NCBI RefSeq assembly: GCF_025370755.1
Contig: NZ_JAMXFC010000004.1
Location: forward strand, 81,505-145,504
Direction of reading: 5' to 3'
Length of the DNA stretch: 64,000 nucleotides
Origin: Laspinema sp. D2d
GTDB lineage: Bacteria; Cyanobacteriota; Cyanobacteriia; Cyanobacteriales; Laspinemataceae
The position numbers and the translations under genes are program-made. Shown here piece by piece: positions 20,776 through 30,255 of this stretch. Below the pieces are notes generated by a model. The model made no database searches. It was given only the letters and a program-made list of their open reading frames with translations, and was not told the DNA's origin. Positions within the stretch are counted from its first letter, which is position 1. Each line of letters begins with the position of its first letter.

Positions 20776-22699
20776 TTAAAATGGGGACAGAAGGTCGAGT
20801 ATGCTGGATGGATAAAGGATGAACTACAGGTTCAATGGGTAGGGTAATCCTAAATTCTGCCCCTCTTCCCGGTTGGGAACTGACCTCGATTTTCCCCCCA
20901 TGTTTTTCGACGACGCGGTAAACAATCGACAATCCCAAACCTGTGCCTTTTCCTGGGGGTTTTGTGGTGTAAAATGGGTCAAATATTTTGCTGTGGATTG
21001 ATGAATCAATCCCCGGACCATTATCCACAATTTTTATTTGGATTGTTCTTTCGTTGAGCTTCTGGGTTTGAATCAGGATTTGACGAGGGGACTGAATGGC
21101 CTTTGTTTCTTTCTCAGCTTCGCTTTCTAAGGCATCGATCGCATTAGAAATCAAGTGCATAAACACTTGATTGAGTTGCGCCGGATAGCACTCGATCGGG
21201 GCTAAGTCATCATACCGGGTAATCACTTCAATATGGGGCTGTAGCCGATGGTTACAGAGTAACAGGGTACTGTCAATCCCTTCATGAATATCGACTCGTT
21301 TTTTCTCGGATTCGTCCAGGCGTGAAAAGTTACGCAAAGAAAGGACAATCTGCCGAATTCGCTCGGACCCAATGCTCATGGAGGAGAGCATTTTGGTTAA
21401 GTCGCTGATGACGAATTCTAAATCTACATCTTCAATGAGTTCCTGTAGTTCCGGGGACGGATTAGGATGCTCTTTTTGATACAGTTTGACGATTTCGAGG
21501 ATGTCTTGGATGTAATGATTGCTATGCTCGATATTCCCGGTGATAAAGTTGATAGGATTGTTAATTTCGTGGGCAATTCCTGCGACTAACTGTCCCAAAC
21601 TGGACATTTTTTCAGTTTGAATGAGTTGGGTTTGAGCTTGCTGAATTTCCTGGAGTTGTTGTTCAACTCGACTGATCAATTGATTGAGGGAGGTGGCTAA
21701 TAAACCCGCCTCATCTTCGGTGAGGATGGGGACGCGGAGTCTATAATTCGATTGTTCGGTGGTTCGTAGAGCAACTTGGGTGACCCATTCAATGGGACGG
21801 GCGATCGCCCGACTGGTGTAAGAGGCTAACATCGCGGCGATCGCCACGGATAAAATCATACTGAGAACGGCAATTTGCCATCGCAAAGATTCAGCTTTTG
21901 TAAAAGTTTCTTTGGCCGCAGTCTCTTGGGCCTGGGCTGCATCTAAGGTCTGGTCTAACGCCTGATAGAGGGCTTCTAATGCCAATTCTACTTGAGAAAT
22001 TTGGGCCAAAACTTTCTCTTTTTCTGAGTCGTTTAGCCGGATTAATAAATCAGAAAATGTAAGAGATTGGGAAGACTGTAATTGAATTAAGTCTTGATAA
22101 GATTTTTCAGCCACTTGTTGAATTTCCCATAATTTTTGCATTTGGGATTCATCTACAGTGACTAAACTCTTTTCATTGGTTCTCACCAATTTTTGTAAAT
22201 GGGTTAAAAGGGTCTTAACTTTCTGACTCTGGGTCATAAAGTTGCGGCTTTTTGATTGACTCCAGAGGGATTGATCCGTACCGGAAACTAAACCTTGTTG
22301 CTGCGATCGCGCGGTGACCACTTCATATTGCAAATGGGTGAGGACCCGCTGTTGCTCGTAGGCATGAACCAGTTGTTGTTTGGCTTTGTTGTGATAGCGA
22401 TCGCCCACTACTAACCCCAGACCCGTTCCCAGTAAGGCGATCGAAATGGTCAGAGCATACCCATAGCCGATTTTTTGCTTAATACTTAAGCGGCGAATCT
22501 TGGTTTTGAGCTGATCCAGGAGATTGGGAGCGGATTTCCCTACCTTGCGAATCTGTGGGGGATCCACAATCGCTCTCGGTTGTCGGGTCTCTAGGACCTC
22601 GTAAGGCTCTTGAAGCTGCATAGATGGGGCTTCCCTTGCTGATAATGATACTCTTGTCTGAGGACAAGCGGTGTTTTCTCGGTGTAAGGATCCCAACAT
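20765..22699 (-). CDS. Sensor histidine kinase with a TM-bounded extracytoplasmic coiled-coil sensor, HAMP and a cyanobacterial-type HisKA/HATPase core. Orphan, with no adjacent response regulator.
   Basis: TM1 IGYGYALTISIALLGTGLGLVVG, TM2 IAVLSMILSVAIAAMLASY, H-box QTEKMSSLGQLVAGIAHEINNPINFITGN, G-boxes DNGPGI / GKGTGLGLS. Start alternatives are 22699 or ATG 22621. Confidence 0.85.
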   Translation of the reverse strand: MLGSLHRENTACPQTRVSLSAREAPSMQLQEPYEVLETRQPRAIVDPPQIRKVGKSAPNLLDQLKTKIRRLSIKQKIGYGYALTISIALLGTGLGLVVGDRYHNKAKQQLVHAYEQQRVLTHLQYEVVTARSQQQGLVSGTDQSLWSQSKSRNFMTQSQKVKTLLTHLQKLVRTNEKSLVTVDESQMQKLWEIQQVAEKSYQDLIQLQSSQSLTFSDLLIRLNDSEKEKVLAQISQVELALEALYQALDQTLDAAQAQETAAKETFTKAESLRWQIAVLSMILSVAIAAMLASYTSRAIARPIEWVTQVALRTTEQSNYRLRVPILTEDEAGLLATSLNQLISRVEQQLQEIQQAQTQLIQTEKMSSLGQLVAGIAHEINNPINFITGNIEHSNHYIQDILEIVKLYQKEHPNPSPELQELIEDVDLEFVISDLTKMLSSMSIGSERIRQIVLSLRNFSRLDESEKKRVDIHEGIDSTLLLCNHRLQPHIEVITRYDDLAPIECYPAQLNQVFMHLISNAIDALESEAEKETKAIQSPRQILIQTQKLNERTIQIKIVDNGPGIDSSIHSKIFDPFYTTKPPGKGTGLGLSIVYRVVEKHGGKIEVSSQPGRGAEFRITLPIEPVVHPLSIQHTRPSVPILNAI

Positions 22700-23201
22700 A
22701 ACGATGATGAAGGTCTCCTCTTCAACGATCTGAACGCTGACTTAGGCGGTGATCAACTGCCAACTGGGTAGAATTCCAGAATGGAACAGGCATCCGTCTT
22801 CACAAAAAACTGGGTGAATCGGGTTCGGGGTGCGTTAGCATTTCTCTACTTTATTAAATTTTTATAAAATTTCCAAGGGTTTTATAATTTTCAGTGATCA
22901 TACGGAGCCTTTAGGGGCTTGACACTGAGGGCCACAGGACTGGATATTTAAAGGAATTAATCTGTTTGCCTTGAACAATTATATTTGAGTCAGTGTAAAA
23001 TTGCAAATATTTAATCTTTATTTGAACGATAAGTAATCATCAGAGGCTTGGCTCTGAGAATTTAGGCTCACTCGTTGAGTGGGGGAAAGGGGGAGGGGCC
23101 GTGGAATAAACTGATTAATAGCAATTCTGGACTCACCTGCTAAATTAACCTCAATTTTCTCTTCATCACTCCCTATTATCCTTTCTTTACCTCTATATTT
23201 T

Positions 23202-24704
23202 ATGGCAAATTCCCCCTCCAATATCATTTTAGGACTCGACCTCGGTACCACCGGAAATCGAGCCATTTTATTTAATCAAGAGGGTCAAATCATGACCCAG
23301 TTTTATCAAGAATTGACCCAATTCTATCCTCAACCCGGTTGGGTAGAACATGATCCAGTCGCCATCTGGGAGGATACCTCCCATTGCATTCACCAGGTTT
23401 TGCAAAACCTGGAAATTTCGGGGTCTGAAATTGCGGCGATCGGGCTAACTGTCCAGCGGGAAACCTGTTTGTTGTGGGATAAAAACACAGGAGAACCCTT
23501 ACATCCAGCCATTGTTTGGCTCGATCGCCGGACTGCACCCCTCTGTCGAGAGTTGACGGAAAAGGGTCATGCTGCTGAGATTCAAAATCGCACCGGATTA
23601 GTGCTGGATGCCTATTTTTCCGCTACTAAACTCGCCTGGTTATTAAAATGGGTCAAAGACAATCGACCGGATATTAATCCCCAAAATATTCTCGCTGGAA
23701 CCATCGATACTTGGATCCTTTGGAAACTCACCGGGTCCAAGGTTCATGCCACCGATCGCAGTAATGCCAGTCGCACCCTGTTGATGAATTTAGAAACCTT
23801 AAATTGGGACCCAACTCTCTTAAATTTATTCGGAATTCCCCGGGAAATCATGCCAGAAATTCGCGACAGTTTCGGCTATTTTGGAGAAACGGATCCAGAT
23901 ATCCTCGGGTTTTCGGCCCCAATTATGGCGATTTTAGGGGACCAGCAGGCGGCATTATTCGCCCACGGCTGCGATCGCCCAGGTCTGGTAAAATGTACTT
24001 ATGGCACCGGCTGTTTTTTAATTGCTCAAACGGGTCAGGAATTAGTCCGTTCCCATCATCAACTCCTCTCAACGGTTGCTTGGACGGATGGCAATCAGGT
24101 GAATTATGCCTTAGAAGGGGCTATGTTTACGACAGGGCGATCGGTGCAGTGGTTACGGGATGGATTAAACCTGATTCATTCTGCCGGGGAAACCGAGGCG
24201 ATCGCCCGTTCTGTTCCCGATACTAATGGGGCCTATTTCGTCCCCGCCTTGAGTGGACTCGGTGCACCCCATTGGGATATGAGTGCAAGAGGGGCATTTT
24301 TTGGACTCACTGCGGGAGTCACCCGTGCGCATCTGGTTCGCGCTGTCTTAGAGGCGATCGCCTATCAAGTCAAAGAAGTCGTCGATGCTATCAATCAAGA
24401 TAGTGACATCCCAGTGCAACGCTTAAAAGTCGATGGCGGTGCGTGCGAAAATGATTTTCTAATGCAATTTCAAGCCGATGTGCTGAATATTCCCCTAGAA
24501 CGTCCCACAGTCCTAGATGCTACCGCTCAAGGTGCCGCCTTTGCTGCCGGTTTAGCGGTGGGTTTTTGGACTGATTATCGCACCCTCGTTCAAACACGCA
24601 CCCTGGATCGCTGCTTTGAACCGGGAGAGGGAAAAGTTACTACAGCAACTCATTTTGCTCAATGGCAAAAGGCCGTAAGTCGGGCTAAAAATTGGGTAGA
24701 TTGA
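23202..24704 (+). CDS. glpK: Glycerol kinase.
   Basis: FGGY-family signatures LGLDLGTTGNRA, QRETC, AGTIDTWILWKLTG, GTGCF, 500 aa. Confidence 0.9.
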   Translation: MANSPSNIILGLDLGTTGNRAILFNQEGQIMTQFYQELTQFYPQPGWVEHDPVAIWEDTSHCIHQVLQNLEISGSEIAAIGLTVQRETCLLWDKNTGEPLHPAIVWLDRRTAPLCRELTEKGHAAEIQNRTGLVLDAYFSATKLAWLLKWVKDNRPDINPQNILAGTIDTWILWKLTGSKVHATDRSNASRTLLMNLETLNWDPTLLNLFGIPREIMPEIRDSFGYFGETDPDILGFSAPIMAILGDQQAALFAHGCDRPGLVKCTYGTGCFLIAQTGQELVRSHHQLLSTVAWTDGNQVNYALEGAMFTTGRSVQWLRDGLNLIHSAGETEAIARSVPDTNGAYFVPALSGLGAPHWDMSARGAFFGLTAGVTRAHLVRAVLEAIAYQVKEVVDAINQDSDIPVQRLKVDGGACENDFLMQFQADVLNIPLERPTVLDATAQGAAFAAGLAVGFWTDYRTLVQTRTLDRCFEPGEGKVTTATHFAQWQKAVSRAKNWVD

Positions 24705-24808
24705 GAATAGGATTGATGGAGTAAGATAGGGAAATAGGGTTTATGTTATGATAGTAAATCCGATAAATTTTAAGGCTGATTTATCCTATTGCTGCGATCT
24801 CCGAAATC

Positions 24809-25840
24809 ATGAATCTTATCAACACCCAGGTTTTTTCCCCAGTTCAGGAGTCCAAATCAAGCCATTCTGAACTCGGTTTGCCGTTGAGTGTGGCACCGAT
24901 GATGGATCGGACTGATCGCCATTATCGCTATTTTATGCGCCTGATTACCAAGCGTACATTGCTCTATACGGAAATGATTACCACAGGGGCGATTATTCAT
25001 GGCGATCGCCCAAAATTGTTGGGATTTTCCCCGGAAGAAAAACCCTTATCCCTGCAACTGGGAGGGGATGATCCCCAGGAATTAGCGGAATGTACGCGCA
25101 TTGCCGAAGACTTCGGTTATGACGAGATTAATTTGAACGTAGGATGTCCCAGTAGTCGCGTTCAAAATGGGAATTTTGGTGCTTGTTTAATGGCGCAACC
25201 GGAACGAGTGGCGCGGGGAATAGAGGCGATGCAACGGGTGACAAAATTGCCGGTAACGGTGAAGCATCGCATCGGAATTGACGATCGCGATCGTTATGAA
25301 GATATGAGAGAATTTGTGAGGATTATCTCCGAAGCAGGATGTTGTCGATTTACCGTACACGCTCGCAAAGCATGGCTTTCGGGGTTAAATCCTAAAGAAA
25401 ACCGCACCATTCCTCCCCTGCGCTATGAAGATGTTTATCAGTTAAAACAGGAGTTTCCTGAATTGTGGATTGAAATCAATGGCGGCATCACCACAATGGA
25501 ACAAGTACGCGAACATTTGCAACAAGTTGATGCGGTGATGATAGGTAGGGCTGCTTACGATAATCCCTATTTATTTGCGACTTGCGATCGGGAGATTTTT
25601 GGAGAAGAAATACCCCCCCTTTCTCGGCATCAAGTCGTCGAAGCAATGTTACCTTATATTGACTATTGGTTAACTCAAGGTTCCCATCTCAATCAAATTA
25701 GCCGACATATCCTGCAACTGTTCACGGGACAAGCTGGAAGTCGGGCATGGAAACGACATATTAGCGAAAACGCTTATCTTCCGGGTGCAGGATCTGAGGT
25801 CATTCGTGCTGCCTTAGCTAAAGTCCCAGAATCTCTATGA
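24809..25840 (+). CDS. dusA: tRNA-dihydrouridine(20/20a) synthase DusA.
   Basis: LSVAPMMDRTDRHYRYFMRL...TEMITTGA, NLNVGCPS, 343 aa. Confidence 0.88.
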   Translation: MNLINTQVFSPVQESKSSHSELGLPLSVAPMMDRTDRHYRYFMRLITKRTLLYTEMITTGAIIHGDRPKLLGFSPEEKPLSLQLGGDDPQELAECTRIAEDFGYDEINLNVGCPSSRVQNGNFGACLMAQPERVARGIEAMQRVTKLPVTVKHRIGIDDRDRYEDMREFVRIISEAGCCRFTVHARKAWLSGLNPKENRTIPPLRYEDVYQLKQEFPELWIEINGGITTMEQVREHLQQVDAVMIGRAAYDNPYLFATCDREIFGEEIPPLSRHQVVEAMLPYIDYWLTQGSHLNQISRHILQLFTGQAGSRAWKRHISENAYLPGAGSEVIRAALAKVPESL

Positions 25841-25885
25841 AAAAGTCTGCATTACTTCCCAAAGTATAGCAATAAAAAAAGGATT

Positions 25886-25927
25886 GCGAGCCTCTGGTTG
25901 GCTTTTTTTAGGAGAATTTAATTCTCC
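25886..25927 (+). terminator. Weak hairpin plus T7 followed by a 17-bp perfect palindrome between the convergent dusA and WYL genes.
   Basis: agcc-tctggtt-ggct followed by ttttttt, then ggagaatttaattctcc. Confidence 0.3.
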
Positions 25928-25933
25928 AGTTTA

Positions 25934-27973
25934 TCACAATTTACGGTGATAAACCCTGACAATTTCCTGACCAATTTTTTTAATTTTCTTGACTAATTCT
26001 GGTGGTGTATGAATCTTTAGATTGCCATCAAATCCCACAATCCATCGCAAAAAACTGACATCATTGAGGGACCATTTTGGAAGCTTAATTTGTAGGCGAT
26101 TGGGAAACTCGGGGTCAGGAGAGGCCGTTAAGTAAATCGGTGAAAATTTATCGTTTTCCTGGAAAAAAAACGGCTCAGAAATGGTGATTTTATGAGTCGG
26201 TAAATGCTTGGTTTCTTCGCGAATAAACCGAAAGGACTTATCCGTAAACCATAATTCAACAACTAACTCGACTTGCTTGCGGTTTTCGGGATTGGAACTG
26301 AGGAAACGGCGCTGCTGGGTGGTACTGGTTCCTAAAAATATCCCGGCACTTTCTCGGTAAAGGGTTTCTAATTGTTGTACTGATTTTTCCTGAATTTCCA
26401 CACTGCGAGAGGTTTCCATTTCTTGATTCACCCGCAATCGGTCCAAGCGTTCTAAGCGAAATAATCCCGGTTCTTTGCCGCCTTCACATTCATAGCCGAG
26501 ATACCAGGATCCTCCATAAAACATGATTTTTAACGGCCAAGCTAAAAAGAAATGTTCGATATTTTTTGATAAGTCTTTAAATCCGGGAATGCGTTTAAAT
26601 TCTAGGAGAGTTCCCTGGGCGATCGCTGCCTCAATTCTAGGAATAAAAGGAAAATCCCGGGCGTTATAATGGGCGATTTCTCGAATGGGATAAGCATCAG
26701 AACCATGACCCTTTAACTCCGTCAGGGCCATGCGGTCTTTTAACTGGTGAGAAATAGAAAGGGCGAGAGGGTCAGTGAGATAGCAGTCCTGAGACTGTAG
26801 CAACCAATAGATTTGCTTTAACTCCGTAGGGGAAAAAATCGCTGTTCCTGCAAAATAACCGGGTTTCAAGGGCAAATCTGATAAAATTTTATAGGGTTTG
26901 AGGATGCGATTTATATCTTTTCGCAGGTGATTATCTCCAGTTTGGGGAATAATTTCCTGTTTCTGAAGTGCGATCGCCAATGCCTGAAAATTGGCGGTTC
27001 CCGGTTCTCGAAAAACGGGGTTATGGATAATAAAGCGAATGGTTGCCAGCAGTCGTTTAAAAGGTGCGATCGCCGAGTAAGGATGGGGTGATACAGCCAC
27101 ATTTTCCAGCGTTTCCACTTGAATTGCTAAAGTATTGCCATTCCAAAAACTGCCACTTCCAATGAGATGATTCCCTTCCAACCATTCCAAATCTGATGCT
27201 AAAGCAACAGCATCAGCATAGAGTTTTCCCGCTAATTTTCCCATGATGGCGCTGACTTCTTCAAGGGCGCTGGAAAATTGAGGGACGGGATCAAAAAGGT
27301 TTTCTAAAACCGATGGCGCGGTATGTTGCAGGTTGCCGATTCCCGGATAGCGCAAAATCAGGGAAATTAAGTGCATGAGGCGATCGAAATCCTGCAACTG
27401 GGAATATCGATGATATTGGGGTGGAGAAAGGGACTGTCGGGGTTCTCCTGGGTGGCGATCGCGCAGGCGTTGGATTTTTTGTTGGATATCTGCCTCCTGA
27501 ACCCCTTTTTCTGGGTTGACTCGATGCAATGCGGCAAACCCTTCTGCCAGCAAAGGCGGAAACTGATCCAGCGATCGCGACATGGACTCAAGGACCCCCC
27601 CTGGCACCTGGCGACTGCGCGTTTGGTTCCATTGCTGGCAGGTTGCCAAAGACGTCACCAAGTGCCACCCCATCCAGGGGACCTCAAATTGCCGCAATTT
27701 CAACAGCAAACTCATGCGCCATTCCCGTTTGGCATTGGTGGCGTCATAGATTACGCTATCTCCTGCCGCGATCGCAGCTTGAATCTGCGCGATCGCCTCT
27801 TGTTCAATCGCTTCCCAGTTTCCCTGGATCCGTTCATCCCCATAGAGGCATTTGCGGATCCCATCCGTCGAAACGATCCGTCCCTCCGTAAGTTTTGTCA
27901 GCATTGCGGCAAAGCTAGATTTGCCACAACCAGGGATCCCAATCAAAAAGTGGCAGATTAGCGGCGGTTGCAT
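25934..27973 (-). CDS. Fusion protein with an N-terminal P-loop kinase (AAA_33 / polynucleotide-kinase-like), HTH, WYL ligand-sensing domain and a WCX-like C-terminus.
   Basis: Walker A FLIGIPGCGKSSFA, plus STDGIR...DATN. Literal WYL core WPLKIMFYGGSWYLGYECEGG...FRLERLDRL at about aa 475-515 (genome 26429-26551). C-terminus LRWIVGFDGNLKIHTPPELVKKI is typical of the WYL-regulator C-terminal extension. Confidence 0.7.
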   Translation of the reverse strand: MQPPLICHFLIGIPGCGKSSFAAMLTKLTEGRIVSTDGIRKCLYGDERIQGNWEAIEQEAIAQIQAAIAAGDSVIYDATNAKREWRMSLLLKLRQFEVPWMGWHLVTSLATCQQWNQTRSRQVPGGVLESMSRSLDQFPPLLAEGFAALHRVNPEKGVQEADIQQKIQRLRDRHPGEPRQSLSPPQYHRYSQLQDFDRLMHLISLILRYPGIGNLQHTAPSVLENLFDPVPQFSSALEEVSAIMGKLAGKLYADAVALASDLEWLEGNHLIGSGSFWNGNTLAIQVETLENVAVSPHPYSAIAPFKRLLATIRFIIHNPVFREPGTANFQALAIALQKQEIIPQTGDNHLRKDINRILKPYKILSDLPLKPGYFAGTAIFSPTELKQIYWLLQSQDCYLTDPLALSISHQLKDRMALTELKGHGSDAYPIREIAHYNARDFPFIPRIEAAIAQGTLLEFKRIPGFKDLSKNIEHFFLAWPLKIMFYGGSWYLGYECEGGKEPGLFRLERLDRLRVNQEMETSRSVEIQEKSVQQLETLYRESAGIFLGTSTTQQRRFLSSNPENRKQVELVVELWFTDKSFRFIREETKHLPTHKITISEPFFFQENDKFSPIYLTASPDPEFPNRLQIKLPKWSLNDVSFLRWIVGFDGNLKIHTPPELVKKIKKIGQEIVRVYHRKL

Positions 27974-28687
27974 AGTGGGGTCGTGGAACTGATACTATTT
28001 TAGGGGCTAGATTTTAAACTTCGCTCCCTAGGATTGATAACATAATTACTGGACTTCTTTAACGTTAACCGTTTGATTTTTTCTTTCAGGGACCCGAGTT
28101 ATCCCCCTTTCCCCCCTAGTTTCATGCACCCCATCTTAAATCGCTTGACCTAAACTCCGCTACTTTTTGTTTCCTAGACCCAAATCTTTAAGAGATTATC
28201 CCGACATCAATCCACTTAACCCTCACCCCATTTTTAAAACTCGTTGATAAAATTTTTTGAATTTTTTAAAAGACTAATAAAATGGGAATTTTACTTACTT
28301 TTAATAAAAGATTCAAGACATAAAGTAATTTTTTCCGCCTTTCATAAATTATAATAAAGATAAGATATAAGGAAAGCAAAATGCAATTAGATAAATCAAA
28401 AATTATCGGAGAAATTTTGCCCTCGGAGTTTAAGCGAAAAGCAAAGATAAATTTTTTGGATTGTAGATGTAAGGGAACTCCACAAAATAAAATCTTCTAT
28501 CAGAGATCCCCCCAACTCCCCAAAAGAGAACGCCAATCGGCTTGAATAATTCGGCATTACTTCTAATGGAGAAGTTTTTTGATGGAAATCCCTAATAAGA
28601 ATGAATTGAGCAGGTAAAATAACCTTGGAACTGTTGAGAACTTGTAAACGGTTGGTTGATGGCGACTCTCCTCTACTCTGTGAAACC

Positions 28688-29176
28688 ATGACATCAGTGA
28701 TCTGTGCGATCGCATTGGGAAGCAATTTGGGTGACTCTCCCAAGATTTTGGCAGCGGCGATCGCTCATTTAGATTCGACCCCAGGGATATCGGTACAGCA
28801 GACTTCCCGCTGGTATCAAACGGCACCGATCGGCCCTCCGCAACCTGATTATCTCAATGGCTGTGCTTTAGTGCAAGTCCAACTCACCCCTCACCAGTTA
28901 TTAGCGCGTTTATTAGAGATTGAAACCCTATTCGGACGGATCCGCCAAGAACGGTGGGGACCTAGAACCCTGGATCTTGATTTACTGTTCTATGAGGATG
29001 CAATTGTGGCAACATCAGAGTTGGAAGTACCGCATCCTCGGATGAAAGAAAGAGCATTTGTGCTAGTGCCTTTAGCCGAAATTGCCCCGGACTGGGTGGA
29101 TCCAGTCTCCGGCGAGGCGATCGGTCAACTTCTGCAACGAATAGACATCAGCGGGGTCCAAACCCTGTACAATTGA
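28688..29176 (+). CDS. folK: 2-amino-4-hydroxy-6-hydroxymethyldihydropteridine pyrophosphokinase (HPPK).
   Basis: ICAIALGSNLGD...RWGPRTLDLDLL...HPRMKERAFVLVPLAEIAP. The ORF track starts at 28625, but the internal ATG at 28688 is the likely start. Confidence 0.85.
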   Translation: MTSVICAIALGSNLGDSPKILAAAIAHLDSTPGISVQQTSRWYQTAPIGPPQPDYLNGCALVQVQLTPHQLLARLLEIETLFGRIRQERWGPRTLDLDLLFYEDAIVATSELEVPHPRMKERAFVLVPLAEIAPDWVDPVSGEAIGQLLQRIDISGVQTLYN

Positions 29177-29298
29177 CAAATCCATTCCATGAATCGAGGC
29201 GATCAGGAGTTAATTCCCACAAATCTGCCAGAGGGGAGAGAGCAAAAATCCGATTTTTCCCTCACAATAGGAAGCAGTAAAGTAAACGAGGTTTAACA

Positions 29299-29499
29299 AT
29301 GTCACTCAAACTAGAAGTTCCATCAATGGTCTGTGAAAGCTGCGCTGAAAAGATAACAGGGGCGATTAAAACTGTTGACTCTGATGCTAAAGTTGATATT
29401 GATTTAGGAAACAAAACGGTGACCCTAGATTCCGCTGCTTCCGAAGAATCCTTCAAACAAGCCATTACAGCAGTCGGCTTTGAAGTAAAGGAGGACTAA
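29299..29499 (+). CDS. Heavy-metal-associated (HMA) domain copper chaperone (CopZ/Atx1-like).
   Basis: 66 aa with an MVCESC (MxCxxC) metal-binding motif near the N-terminus and a ferredoxin-like fold pattern. Confidence 0.8.
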   Translation: MSLKLEVPSMVCESCAEKITGAIKTVDSDAKVDIDLGNKTVTLDSAASEESFKQAITAVGFEVKED

Positions 29500-29676
29500 T
29501 CTCTGATTACCCCCATTTAAGGGGTGAGAATGTCCCCCAAAACCCGGTGCGTTACGGCTACTGCTAAACGCACCGCCAGGGTGCGATTAAATCCGCTAAA
29601 ATCTCCCGGGAATTGTATCGAATTCCTCTTGTTCATCGTTCATCTGCACATTCAGCGATCGCCGTTTTAAATAACT

Positions 29677-30228
29677 ATGGTATTCGGTCAAGAACCTCCC
29701 ACCCTGATCAAACATCGTCTCTCCTATTCCGGTCGAAAATTTGGCTTTGATGTCAACCGTTTACGCCTTCCCAATGGTGCTGAAGGGGAATGGGAATGCA
29801 TTCGACACCCTGGCGGCGCACTCTGCATCCCTGTTACCGCAGATGGACGACTCGTTTTAGTGGAACAATATCGCTTTGCAGTCCAAGGACGATTACTCGA
29901 ATTTCCCGCTGGAACTGTGGAACATGATGAAGAACCCTTTCAAACCATTCAACGAGAAATAGAAGAAGAAACCGGATACCGTGCGCATCAATGGCAAAGA
30001 TTAGGTCAGTTTTTCCTCGCCCCGGGGTATTCTGATGAAGTCATTTATGCGTTTTTAGCCCAAGATTTAGAAAAGTTGACGACCCCACAACAATTGGATG
30101 AAGATGAAGATATCCAAACCATTTTAATGACGCCTCATGACTTTGAACTGGCAATTTTAAATGGAGAAGTAGTCGATTCTAAATCTATTTCCAGTTTTTT
30201 CTTAGCGCAACGGCTGTTGAATTTTTAA
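29677..30228 (+). CDS. NUDIX hydrolase (ADP-ribose pyrophosphatase-like).
   Basis: Nudix box GTVEHDEEPFQTIQREIEEETGY (G-x5-E-x7-REUxEExGU). Confidence 0.85.
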   Translation: MVFGQEPPTLIKHRLSYSGRKFGFDVNRLRLPNGAEGEWECIRHPGGALCIPVTADGRLVLVEQYRFAVQGRLLEFPAGTVEHDEEPFQTIQREIEEETGYRAHQWQRLGQFFLAPGYSDEVIYAFLAQDLEKLTTPQQLDEDEDIQTILMTPHDFELAILNGEVVDSKSISSFFLAQRLLNF

Positions 30229-30255
30229 AACAAGTATCCAACAAAAAATGGCGGT

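Noticed and set aside
27371-27961. Plus-strand ORFs 27371..27961 and 27529..27891 (196 and 120 aa).
   Set aside because: They are embedded antisense in the P-loop kinase / WYL gene, whose minus-strand frame carries clear Walker A and WYL motifs. The translations are Pro/Arg-rich and typical of a GC-rich antisense frame.
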